NCBI GenBank assembly: GCA_965645245.1
Contig: OZ287070.1
Coordinates: 1,922,001-1,986,000 of the forward strand
Source: Massalongia carnosa
Taxonomy: Eukaryota
DNA: 64,000 bases
Direction of reading: 5' to 3'
Position numbers and translations under genes: made by a program. The notes beneath the pieces are model-generated. The model saw only the letters and a list, made by a program, of their open reading frames with translations, was not told the origin of the DNA and ran no database searches. This document shows positions 10,823-23,057 of the stretch, piece after piece; position 1 is the stretch's first letter; every line of letters begins with the position of its first letter.

Positions 10823-13800
10823 TATCCATCCAAAATCAACTACTTAACAGATGGCCAGCACTTGGTCACGTTACTATACCCATGACAAGACGAATCTCTA
10901 CAAAAGCTGGTTTCCATATCCTCACTCGGTGCAGCTATACTTGTTCACACTCTCGTGCAAACTGACTAAAGAATATAGCGATTTGGGCCAATCCCATGAA
11001 CGTCTCTATTAGCATTTCAGTACACTTTAGATATATCTAGAGTGCGCTAGACTCATTTTTCGCTCATTTTTTGTATATTCACGACACGTCATCATTCCTT
11101 TTCCCTTCACTTAAGTTTGAGACGAAAAAATTCCCCGGAACTTTTACCTGATCTTTTATACTATTGCAAAAAAATCTCATCCTTATCTGATGTGTTCAAT
11201 CCCTATATAACCAAACAAGCCAGGTTTCTGTCATTTTTTGTGTTGTGGGGGTTTCTTGTCTATATTAGTAGTGAAAGTTTTGATGTCCAGGTTTACTTTT
11301 GATTTACTATAAGGCTGCTACTACCCATTGGACAAGGGGCCACTTTGCAACGTTTCAAGCGCCAAAAAGGAGAAGGTTGAAATACTCAAGAATGCCAGCG
11401 GTTAAACAGCTTGTCAATTGTGGAGTCTGAACCTTAATCTCCAGTTGCTAGCAGCAGGACCACTGATGTTACTCGCCGCATGAAAACAAGACATCTCGCC
11501 AGCCAAAACACTTCCACCGGCGATCATTATACCGGCTTGGTTAAAGTGGATGGAATTATAACGGGCATGATGGTCAAGAACCAAAAACCGAGCGTGGTGA
11601 ATCCATGCAAACCACAAGAATACTTGAGTAAAGACTAAAAAAAGAATTAAAAAAAATCTCTTCACAGGCATAATCTAGGTGTGTCCTAAGATATGAGCCT
11701 ACTTTTTGCGCATCTATTTTTTGTGAAATCCAGCTTATAGAAAAATAATGAATAGGCTACACGAAGCAGTCGAGGCGCCAGGTGTGGTTAATCTAAGTTT
11801 TATAAAAAATCCTTATTCTCAACAGTTGATAAAATATATTCAATTTCTCGGTTTCATGAATGAAACATCCTATCTACATGCACCAAGATTCCCTGCGAGC
11901 TTTCGGTGGCTCATCGGAATGTGTTTGAAAATCCCTCAGCATCAATATTGAGGTCATATTCGAACCTCAAGCTATGAACTTACCGACAAGAAATCCTGTT
12001 TTGTCATGAATGCCTTGATCTGTTTATGCGGGTTAATCCCAAATTTATAGAACTCCCTCGTATGTGAAGATAACCGGTCACAGCTTATGTTCAAGAAACT
12101 TATGAACAGCCAGACTTGCAGAGTCCTAGTTCTCTATGTGGACTTAATCAGAGAAATGCCGTGGAGAGTACGACATGGGTTGAGTCATACATGGTCAAGC
12201 TGGACTCTACCCGCCTGATACTGATTCTCTCAACTTCCCATGTAGTTTATGCTGTAAAAATTTAAAAGGAAGAAGCGTTGAAACACTCGAATCTCTTCTA
12301 ATAAATTCAAGTCAAAACCTTAAATATAATATTGTGGAAGCCATATACTCTTACCACCGGCCTTGCCAAAATTGTGATCAAGGAACTCCCATTGTACAAC
12401 GAGGAAATTTCTCGCAACGCGCTTGCTGCTTCTTGTCATATGCATTCTTCAGACATTATAAATACTGAAACCAAGAATCATGCCAATCAAATACAAATAC
12501 AAAACTGTAATGATTATTGGGTGGAGAGGGCCCTGACGAGTCGAGTCCACAAAAGGGGCAGCAGTGATTGGGCCTACACCCAAATATCAATCACCGGTAG
12601 TGTTTCTTTTCGCTGACACTAGTAACATCATACTCCAGCTCTCCCGTTTCAATGTTGATCTGCCAGCAGCGTTGAAGTTGAACGCAGCTATAAAGATAGT
12701 CTAGAAGTTGGAACAGGCTCTTAGTCAGGTGAAGGAGTCGAGGACATGACAGATAATGTAGGATACAAAGACCATATGCCATCAATCGGCTAAATTCTCT
12801 CACATTTTTTCCAAGGTCCTCGGTTTTTTACTAGCCGGATGGCAAATGAAACTCATCTTCGAGCCCGTCCAAAGCTAAATGTAGCTTTAGTCGCACTTCA
12901 CTGACGCTTCTAGGAGTGTGTTTGCCCGACTTCCTTTCGCTAAGCGTCATGGCTTACACTCACAGATACAATCAATATCAATTCTATGAGTAATTTGGTA
13001 GGGGTGCAGCTTGTGGAGATAGGTCGACTTTGATGATGTCTCGATGGCTTCATTGCTGCAAAGCCAGTCCCGCTCTTCATGATATATAGGGAAATGCCAG
13101 GTCTGTCCAAGTAGACAACTGTAAAGAGTCTTAGAGAAAGAGCAGATGTTCAAGGATTCGTTAATTTCCTTTCGGTTGACGAAGAATAGTATCATATAGT
13201 ATGTACGCTCACTCCTTCTTTGCTGCCAAAGCACTTGTGACTATCATAACTGATTTGCTTTTCGTTTTCGATAGCCAGCAGTTTCGATTATTTACGAAGA
13301 TAGCAGATGACGCCATCACTGAGAAAGGAGGAGATGTGTGGTTGGGGGGAATATGCCTCTGAGCCGGAGCTAACTACATTTTTCCATTTTTCATGGATAT
13401 CTCTCTCCTTTCCCTACTGCACAGAAGCGGTTGGCACCTTTTTATTGTTGTTGGCAGTCAGCATTTGCACGACCTGAGTCGTACGCCCGAAGATTCGATT
13501 GCCGCTAATTTGTCATCTTGGCTTGACGTGAAGAAGAGTTTTAGAAAGCTTGACAAAAGGTAGAGATCCCGCTCAGGATAGGCTACGGCTACATGAGTAG
13601 AGATGAAAAGAGACAGGGATAGCATGATGCCCACTACCGCTTATTTCGCATTACATTTTTTGAGAGGATATGTCCATGTTCTCAAAGTCCGAGTTATTTA
13701 TCTTCCACGTATAAGCTTTACTTCTTTCTTTCTTCGGTCTATCCTTATTCGTCATCACTCTTTCTTTAGTCAAATAAGTTGGTCTTCTATCCAAATCGGA

Positions 13801-14036
13801 GAAGCTGTCTAGCTTTCGTTGAACAAGTTCTGAGTCAACACTTCCAATAGCGCCTGCGATAAAACAGCGATCCACCTATATCGTTACGTGATCGAATAAA
13901 TCAGTAGGCATAGAAAGCTTTAAAAAAAACTCGAATAAATAGTACATAAGAATATAAGATATAAAACGAATTTTTTTGGTGTAGAGAATGAGTAGTCGAT
14001 TTTTTATGGACAGACCGATGCATGTACGGAGGATGA

Positions 14037-15656
14037 CACGAAAAGTCCTTGTTAGCGCGCATTAGTGCTATTTAGCGTCCTTTCTACATGACGCTAGTAA
14101 GTAAAAGGGTTTTTTTGTACATTTTGACCTGTTCAGCATCAAATATCATCAAAATAGATTTTTGTATGCTTCAAATATGACCTCACGTACTCAGAACAAC
14201 AGTCTGACCATTGGAAAAAAGTTACAAGCATTATCCCTGATTGAACATGGCATAGCAGCCAAAGTCGTTCAAGCAGTCACCGGAGTTTCCACCCAATCTA
14301 TCAGCTATCTCAAACGTAAGGCACGAGATCGAGGATATGATCCCACTATTTCACGAATATTGAAGGTAGAATACGTGCAAGATGCACCTCGTTCAGGACG
14401 TCCTACCAAAGTGACGCCTGAGGTAGAACAGGCCATTTTAAACAATGTTCGTCATGATCGAAATGGTAGAGAAAAATCCTCAGCCGTTTTGGGATATGAG
14501 CACGGAGTTTCAGCTACAACCATTCTCAATGTTCTTCGACGCAATAACTTTCGTCCCTGCAAATCTACCATGAAACCAGGTCTTGATTCAGCGATGAAAG
14601 ATGCTCGATTGCAATTTTGTTTGCGTCATCAACACTTGACTCTCGATGATTGGAAGAATGTTATATGGAGCGATGAAACCAGTGTCGTGTTGAACTCTCG
14701 ACGTGGACGAAGACTTCAATGGCGAACTCCAAACGGAAAATATGCTCAATCGTGCGTCCGACGTAGATGGAAAGGATGTTCCGAGTTCATGTTTTGGGGT
14801 TATTTTTCGTATGAAAAGAAAGGACCTTTTCATATATGGAAGCCGGAGACAGCAGCAGAAAAACACGCCGCTCAGAGAGATATTGACAAAATCAATGAGA
14901 TATTGGAGCCCGTAGCGAAAGAGAATTGGGAGTTGGGAACGGGCATGCAACGAATGGGACTGCGTACGAAAGGAGGTCGAAAACCAGCCTGGAGGTGGAA
15001 TGAAACGCATGGAAAAGTGGTCCGAAAATGCAAAGGGGGCATCGACTGGTACCGTTATCAGAAGGTCATTCTTTTACCCAAACTTCTACCCTTTGCCAAA
15101 GAATGTATGAAAGATCGTCCCGGTACTATTGTTCAGGAGGACAAGGCTCCCTGTCATACTTCTAAACATCAGAACATCGTCTTTATGGATGCAGGAGTCC
15201 TGCGTTTGTTGTGGCCGGGTAATTCTCCCGATTTGAACATGATCGAGCAATGTTGGTACTGGATGAAAAAAACAAACCACACGTAAAGGAGCACCTCGAA
15301 ATCGCATTACGGCCATCAAAGCATGGACACAGTGCTGGACAAAAAGTCTGAAACAGGAACAAATTCAGCATTGGATAGAAAGAATTCCAAGACATATACA
15401 GGAGATCATTGCTTTGGACGGAGGAAACAAGTATAGAGAGGGTCGAGACAACGGTGTGATTAGGCCATATAATTCCGAAGATCGTCGCAGTCGCTATCGT
15501 AAAGACATCATTGATAACATTGGTAGGTTGATGAGGTCTTTCGTTGAAAATGAGGTTGATGATGGGGTCAAAACGGGTGGTGTGGTGGGGTGGTGAGGTG
15601 GTGGCGTTACGCTAAATTCTTAGTGTCATTCTTAGCGCATCCAAGGACTTTTCGTG
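14037..15656 (+). mobile_element. Tc1-like (IS630-Tc1-mariner) DNA transposon
   Basis: 15-16 bp TIR (A)CACGAAAAGTCCTTG at 14036/14037 and CAAGGACTTTTCGTG(T) ending 15656/15657, enclosing a transposase; no clean target duplication. Confidence 0.88.
14177..15596 (+). pseudogene. Tc1-like DD34E transposase, frameshifted at an A7 run (15266-15272)
   Basis: PRSGRP, WKNVIWSDE, VQEDKAPCH, WPGNSPDLNMIE (D34E). Removing one A continues into ...IQHWIERIPRHIQEIIALDGGNKY, the usual Tc1 C-terminus. A sequencing homopolymer error is also possible. Confidence 0.82.
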
Positions 15657-15662
15657 TTACTA

Positions 15663-17794
15663 CAGTCGAACCCCGCTATAGGGAAGTTCCGTATAACGAA
15701 AACCTCGGCATAACGAAATTATTTTTCGGAATTTTTGTAGTTATATGATAAAAACCTCGTTATAACGAAAAACCCTTCTATTACGATATAACGAAATTTA
15801 TTTTCATATTTTTGGTGACGTTCGTTATAGCGAGGTGGTAAAACTATCATATATTTGCTACGATTCTGCTGTAAATATGTCTCGAGAATGGCCTGCCTCC
15901 ATGTCTTTGTCAACTTCCCCCCTCGAAAAAAAACCCGTCATGGAATCACGAATATTCAGCGAAAAGCTCTTCGGGACTGGTACAATGATGATTCAAAGAA
16001 TAAAGTGACTCAGAACGACTGTCGCATGTGGTGGAAAAGAGAGTATAATTATGTGCCTGGGAGTGCATCTATCAGCGAGATTCTTAGTTCCAAATATGCT
16101 TACTTGGATGATAAAGAGGAGGCGAGTTCAATCAAACGGGAGGTTATTCCCAAATGGCCTGTGTTAGAAGATGCTTTGTTCGAATGGGAGCAGCGATATG
16201 AACAGGCCAGTCTCACTGTTAATGCTGACGTGCTACGGACCAAGGCCACCGAGTTGTGGAACAAACTGCCTCAGTATGAAGGTATTCCCACTCCGAAATG
16301 GAGCAATGGCTGGCTGGATCGGTTTAAAAGACGACGAGGACTCAAACAACGCATTCATCATGGCGAGGCTGGTTCAGCTGATCAAAGCGAAAATGTACAG
16401 CAGATAATGACTGATCTTCGTAAATTAGTATCTGAATATGCTGCCAAAGACGTTTATAACATGGATGAAACAGGGCTTTTTTGGAAAATGGCACCCGATC
16501 GATCTCTTGGTACTGAGAGGCACGCCGGTCAGAAGCAGGATAAGGTGTGTTTTTCACAGTAAGCTGCTTCGATTTGCCAGAGTTCTAATTATAACAGGCT
16601 AGAATCACTGCCTGTCTCACATGTAATGCTGATGGGGTCGGATAAACCTGATATCTGGTTTATTGGTAAGGCCAAAAGGCCAAATTGTTTTCGGGATGCC
16701 AAAATTCATGGACTGGAGAATGTGGGTGCTGTTTGGAGGTATAATCCCAAGGCCTGGAATAACAACATCATCATGAGAGAATATTTGCATTGGTTAAATG
16801 GTCATATAAATGGACGATCGATTTTGTTGTTGATGGATAATTTCAGTGCTCACGAATTGGCTGTGAAAATTTTGATGGATGAAGGTAAATAAATCAATGT
16901 GTTAACGTTATAATTAATCATGACATCGTTTCTAAAACTCGTCTATCCAGGTGTTTTGCAGAATATTCGCATTGCGTGGCTACCTGCAAATGCCACCTCA
17001 TTACATCAACCTTTGGATCAAGGCATCATACAAAACTGGAAGGTCTATGTACGAAAACAACTCGTCCAGTTTATGGTAAGTTCTCTCGATGCTGGAAAAG
17101 ATCCGACTGCCTCCATAAATGTTCTTCGTGTCATTCGATGGGGCATTTCAGCATGGGAAAACGACGTCAAACCTTCCACCATACAGAACTGCTAGGGGCG
17201 ATCAGGAGTCATTGATTGGGGTTCAGCACCCTTCAATCAACCAAGAACCTCGAGATGGGTCGAGTCCGAGACTTTTTTGCAAGAGATTACACAGGACATA
17301 TGTCAGATGCAGGTCATGGGTAGAATAGAAGAGGCGATGAACATTCATCAATTTATAAACCCGCCCGAGGAGGCTATAGGGGACACAAATGAAGATATTA
17401 TGAATGATATCGTTTCACGATATGCGGAGCAGGAAAGGCTCGCTGAGACGGATGAAGAGGTGGAGGTTACACCTGTTATAACGGTCTGTCAAGCACAGGA
17501 GGCTTGTAGGATCCTGAGACTGCATGAAGAACAGCAGTTGAAGGGCGATATGGGCATGCTTCGTCAATTACGAAGGCATGAACGGGGGCTGTTTGAAAGA
17601 CGGCAAAACAGTCAAAAACAATCTACTTTAAGCACTTGGGTAGTTGCTGGGGACAAGGGGGAATTGGGAGTTTATAGGGGGGCAAAGTAGTAAATTTACC
17701 ATGATTTTCCCCATCTCCCCCGATATAACGAAAAACCCGCTATAACGAAATTATTTTGGTAAAACGCCACCATCGTTATGGCGGGGTTCGACTG
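15663..17794 (+). mobile_element. pogo/Tigger (CENP-B-related) DNA transposon
   Basis: TA|CAGTCGAACCCCGC(T/C)ATA ... TAT(G)GCGGGGTTCGACTG|TA; multiple subterminal TATAACGAAA repeats at both ends. Confidence 0.93.
15888..17690 (+). pseudogene. Intron-containing pogo/Tigger transposase with in-frame TAG at 17193-17195
   Basis: CENP-B HTH (LEDALFEW...SNGWLDRFKRR), YNMDETGLFW, intron 16545-16597, LLMDNFSAH, intron 16885-16950, TSLHQPLDQGII. The frame continues past the stop to 17690. Confidence 0.88.
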
Positions 17795-17807
17795 TATGTA
17801 GCTCCTA

Positions 17808-17844
17808 ATCGTGCCACACCACCAGTAATCGTTTTCGCTTACTA
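17808..17844 (+). repeat. Orphan Fot1-like terminal inverted repeat
   Basis: TA|ATCGTGCCACACCACCAGTAATCGTTTTCGCTTACTA; starts like the Fot1 TIR (TA|TCCGTGCCAC) and recurs at 43438. Confidence 0.6.
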
Positions 17845-20800
17845 TAAAAGGGAAAATCTAGCTTTGAAAAATGTTAGCGTCTAATTTACTTACACAACTC
17901 GGACTTTATGCATTTCATTATTAGAAGAGCATAAGTTTGGGATGATTTCTTTGTTCTCATTTGCTGGGCAGCTTCTAATAAGAAGCTCCTCCTCGAGAAA
18001 ACCCTTCTTTCTCAAAGCGTAATTTCTGTGCTTTGAGAATAGCAGGGCTTTGGCCTATATTTATATCACAAGAAAGTTAATCAAAAACCTATATCTTTCT
18101 ATCCTCGAAAGTGCAGCTAGACCGCATTCTGCACAACCCACGACCTATGGTATCCTATTCTCCAATTTGGCTTGTCCGCATATCAGGAACAACAGCACAG
18201 ATCCTCTTGTCTGCGCGCGGACAAAAGTTCATGAATGCAATTTCCAGAAGTCAGATTCCCCCCAAAAAACCCCCCATCAATTCTCTCAATTTTTACAGGC
18301 CTCTTTGATTTCATAGCAGATGCTGAGCATAATCACCATACAACATTTAGGATCTCATGAAAACTGACTGAGGCTTGGAGAATTATCTACAACGGAAAAG
18401 CCCGGGCTCCTCGAAAGGAGTTCTTATGGGCATAAGCAGGTGCTCAGAGCCTTGTCTGATTAAAGGGGGAAATAAAACTGTAGCACAAGCTGCGAGTACT
18501 TTACCATCATCAAATATGTCTGCATTCTTACTCGTGCTTTCTGGAACATCGGAGTTAATCCCTTTACTTCATAAACTCATGTCTTCAGGTCTTAAGGTTG
18601 ACCACATAACCTAAGTTTTGGATGTTCGAAAAGCAATAGGCGAAATCTTAAGTTGAGCAAACCGATAAACAAGACAGACAGGTGCAATGGAGGTTCATGA
18701 GATGGGGTAAAATGGATACCTTGGACGATGGCACAAAGTGTTGCTAGGGAAGACAGATTGTGGACGATTGTGGCATAGGTAGGAAAGCCAATCCTAGTCC
18801 TGTTCCTTGGATATATACATGTCTGGACAGTCTCTGGGCGGGAGGGTCACGATGGAGACGAAGTGCGTATTTTATGAGCTATCGATTATAATCTATGTAA
18901 GGTAGTACTAGGCGTAGCGTGTAGGTACATAGTGAAATAGCAATCTAGGATCTCAGTGTCCCCAGAGATTCCTTAAGCTCGTTTGTGACCTTTGTTGCTG
19001 CTTATTAAAGATCATGCCTTCTGTAAAGTAATTAAATCTCGGCATAAATAATTAGTAAACATCAAAAAAGCGATGGTCTTCGTCGAAAAATATAAACTCA
19101 ATATGAAATATGAAATAATATTTGATTAAGATATGTAGGAGGCTGAAGCCTCAAGAATCTAATTGCGCGCATTGAGTGAACGGCGGTACGAACAGCTTCA
19201 TGCATTCCCGACTCAGCTGGGCTCCTCGTGGTAATCCTTCGACTATCATTCACGCTCTTGATAACATCCATTGGTGTTAATAAATCTTGAAATTCTTGGA
19301 CACGAAGAGAAACATTGCAAGCGATATAGCAGAGAGCACGCTACATCCTCACTTCAGCGCCTTCACAAGAATCCTCCTATTCGTTGAGTCATGTCTTCGG
19401 CCTAGTCCTCTGCTAGCTCCTTCATCAACGGTTTACTAGGGCGTCGATCCGAGCCTGCTTTGTAAAGAGTGCCAGGAGGTCAAGGAAAGAACTAATTCGT
19501 CGGCCAACTGCCAAGGAACATCACATAATTCTAACTCTAGGTGATTCTAGGTCTTGAGATGGCGTAACAAGTATAGCGTTGACTCCCATAACGCCCTTAG
19601 CAAGTAATTTTTAGCCAGAGCGAAAAAATCTAAGATCTAGCAGTTAGCCTCAGGCAGTTTCGTAGATATGCCACAGAGGGCTAGATGCTTATCATTATGG
19701 AAGACACAGGATACATCTCGGGAATCTACCACTTTCAATATGGCGTTCGAATCATCCAGAGGGCAGTCTCTGATAAGTTCAAGGGGTGCTGGTTTCTCGA
19801 GAGCCGGACGATCTGCAATATCGACCCCCCTGACTATTTCTGTCCGCCTCTCGAGAAAGGCAATACAGGCATTTTAAGAAAATGGAAACTGCTAATCCGA
19901 AAGGCCATATATATATACTTATGTGCCTAATATCCTGGAAGCCATCGCAAAAATCTGGTTCTCTAGACATTTAGTCACTATGTATCGAGAACGAGCATAG
20001 AAAAATTGAGGAATAGTACTACCAACCAAGGATGCGGAGCTTCTAGAAGCCAAGGTAGCCAAGAATACAGTCATGTTTGGAGAACGGGCAATTGGAAGCC
20101 AAAAACAGTCACTCAACCCCCCCAAAAAACATTTAAGCGGGTAAAGGAGCTGAGGACAAATTCATTGCAAAAGGCACAAAGATGAAAGACAAGCTACCCC
20201 TATCAACCTTATATTCTATCTGCGCATCGGGTAAATCATCATTGCTTTGTTTAGGGGGTGGAATCTTTGCCTCATTCTTCATGAATCCAAGGTTGTTATA
20301 GCTCAAGGGTGTTTAGTACTGTGCGACAGTTTCATCAACATTACAAAAATGATTAGCATCACACAAGTTCGGGGACCTGCTTTCAAAACTTATCTGAACG
20401 CAAATCCTTCCTGCTCCAAGGCTCTATCTCATGACCAGTATGCCGATACAGGCACGGCAGCTGTCTGCTGACAGATGTTCGTCGGTCGGAGAAGTCTAGG
20501 GAATGATTTCACTCATGAGGCACTTTGCTGTCGTAAATTTTCATGCTGAGGCCATCCAAGGAACTGAATGCTGGTAAAGAGGCTCGCAGAGAAACTGACA
20601 AGAAGAAGGCGAACTATTAAAAGCTGTGGTTGACGCCATCGAAAAAACAACCATGCCTCTGCTCTGTGTTTAACCTCAAATTCACTGCTAGTTCAGATAC
20701 TTAGACCACCCAGTTTTTATAAAACTTTATTTCAAAGCCACCGCTGGGTTAGTATGTAGTTTAAGCGTGCACAACAAACACTGAGTAAGATGATATGACA

Positions 20801-21195
20801 TATAATCTTAGAGAATCAAGTTCTGTCAGTACTACGAAGAAGAAGCACTGGATCTCATGATAGCAGATATAAAGTCTCTGAAGGCAAAGATACAGCTTTA
20901 AAGTATGGAAGTAATTAGTTCACAGCAAGTAAGATGACGATAAAACCTAGCATCGATAGAAGGAGCAGTTCTTTATATCTTGGGTAACACGTAGGTGGTG
21001 ATATGGACTAAAGCGTGTCGTAATAGTATTTCTATTTCCACGAGAGTTAGAGCAAACGTCTCACGTTGACAAACATTTGCGAATCATAACCACACCGGCA
21101 AGTCGCAACAAGGCCATGAAGCCTTCTAAGATGCGACTAGGATGCTGTTGCTAATCAATCGCTACAAATAAGTTGTGCTTTGGGCGTGATACACT

Positions 21196-21764
21196 ATGGC
21201 ATCTGTCCCTGCGCTTAATGGTCATGAAGCTTTTCAACCAAAGTCGTCTTGGGCTCAAAAATACCGTGGGGTGCGTTGACCAGACTCCACGCAACCACCG
21301 GATATTCCTTGAGCGCATCCTCATCCTTGCTAACTTTCCAGGCCACGGTGGAAGATCTGGATCCGCCTCCAGCGCTCTCGTCGAAGCCCACCGACCTAAT
21401 CTCCGTCGCTCTCATGAATGCTTATGAACGGGACTACACCCACCTCACGGTCGTCTCCGAGGATACGCGAGCGCTATTGGGCTATCTAAATATCCCTCGC
21501 CTGAAGGAGCTGCTGAAGAACGGATCGGTCAAAGATTCGGATCATGTCGCCAGAGCGATGCAGAAGTTCCGGAGGAAAGGCAGTGTGTACAAGGTGATTA
21601 CCATGGATACACCGTTGGAAGAGCTAGAAGGGTTCTTTAATGGGGAGGGGAGTGGCGGTGGAGCTCAAGATTTCGCCGTCGTCACGGACGCGTCACGACG
21701 ATTTGTCCTTGGGGTTGCTACTAAGGCGGATCTAGAAGAGTTTGTGACGAGACGACCCGCATGA
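21196..21764 (+). CDS. Small CBS-domain-like conserved fungal protein; intron 21271-21341
   Basis: MASVP...QKYRG|ATVEDLDPPPALS...AYERDYTHLTVVS...LLGYL...VITMDTPLEELE...FAVVTD...VLGVATKADLEEF. Confidence 0.8.
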
Positions 21765-23057
21765 TTGAGCACCTTACACTTGAGACCCAAGATGGCTTGC
21801 GAGAGGTATGGGTAGTTTTAGTGTTAAGCGTCTTGTATAGACTTCGATAAGATAAAATGCAGTTTTATCCATGAAGGCTTTTTCCTTTCGAACCTAATGT
21901 TTTTACAGCATGGTTTTTATTTTCATCCGTTGGTTCAACTCATACGAACCGAAGCCGCAACAAGGAATAACTCGTTTCCACAATAGCGGCTGCATCGCTT
22001 TACCCCTTATCTCCACGTGCTGCATTACCTAATCTCATGTGCTCTTCCCTCAAGCATCTTCACCTCTCTTCTCTAACCCGACCTGGCTTTTTCTATTCTG
22101 ACCGTACCGGCTGACTTGGAGCTCTCCTGCTCTCTCGGATATTGTGAGATCGGTCCCTGGGATGGGCGGTCTAGCCTATCTCAGAGCAATCCTTTTCCCT
22201 GTAGCCATAGCGCTACGCACGACGAAAGGCTTTTTCTTTGTCTTCAAGTTCGGGGCCAGTCCTTCCACTAATTTCTCTCATTTCCCTCACGTCATGATAA
22301 TAAGAATAACATCGTCGATGTTGGATGGACGCCGCCTGACTTCCGTTCCGAACCGGAGTACTTAGATATCGACCTAGGCACCTACCTATCTGCCTATTTG
22401 CCTATCAACCCATCAACCTACCGACCTATCGACTTGCCAACCTTTCCCTCCTGTGTTCTAGCATTAGCTCAGGGGTCTGACAGCACCAACCGGCAAGCGG
22501 GCAAAGCGAAGAACAATCTAGTAGCCAGCCCTAGGAGCTGGAGCGAGGAGCTCGAACTCTTTTGTTCCACTTGTGAGAAAGTGATTTGCCAACAGCAACT
22601 GTAACACCACCGTTTCAAACGAAACTACTAGGAAGCCCAACGAATACTTGCCCTAGCTCTGCTTGATGTCATGGCCAAACACGCTTTCTCTCCTTCATCA
22701 TATACCATCTACCCTCTTTGTTCCTTCAATCCTCACCATGTATCCCGTTAAGGTAGACGCTGGAAGATGAACCCGATTCGGCCTGGGGATACGTCTCGTC
22801 ACGCCGTTCTAATTAGGTTCTACCGCATGAGTGCTCCATTTATTCTGCTGCTACCTTGTCCTTTCTTTTCCCTATGACTCTACCCGTTCACCGGGGGAAA
22901 ATGCTTCTTGGCCAGAACATACTCTTTCCTTCGACCTGATACTGATTCTAGGAAGTCAATCGTTCCAACGGTGAGACATCTCATCCTAACATACTTACAG
23001 TTACTCTCTGTCTCACCACCAGGCGAAATATCCCACACTGCCAGCCACATCGAGCTT

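Noticed and set aside
15263..15275. A7 run as a programmed -1 ribosomal frameshift site in the Tc1 transposase
   Set aside because: The needed shift is +1 and the A-AAA-AAC heptamer is out of phase; a simple indel or sequencing error is more likely.
22366..22440. Imperfect CCTA(T/C)-rich short-period repeat upstream of the BAH-PHD gene
   Set aside because: Degenerate simple repeat with no further structure.
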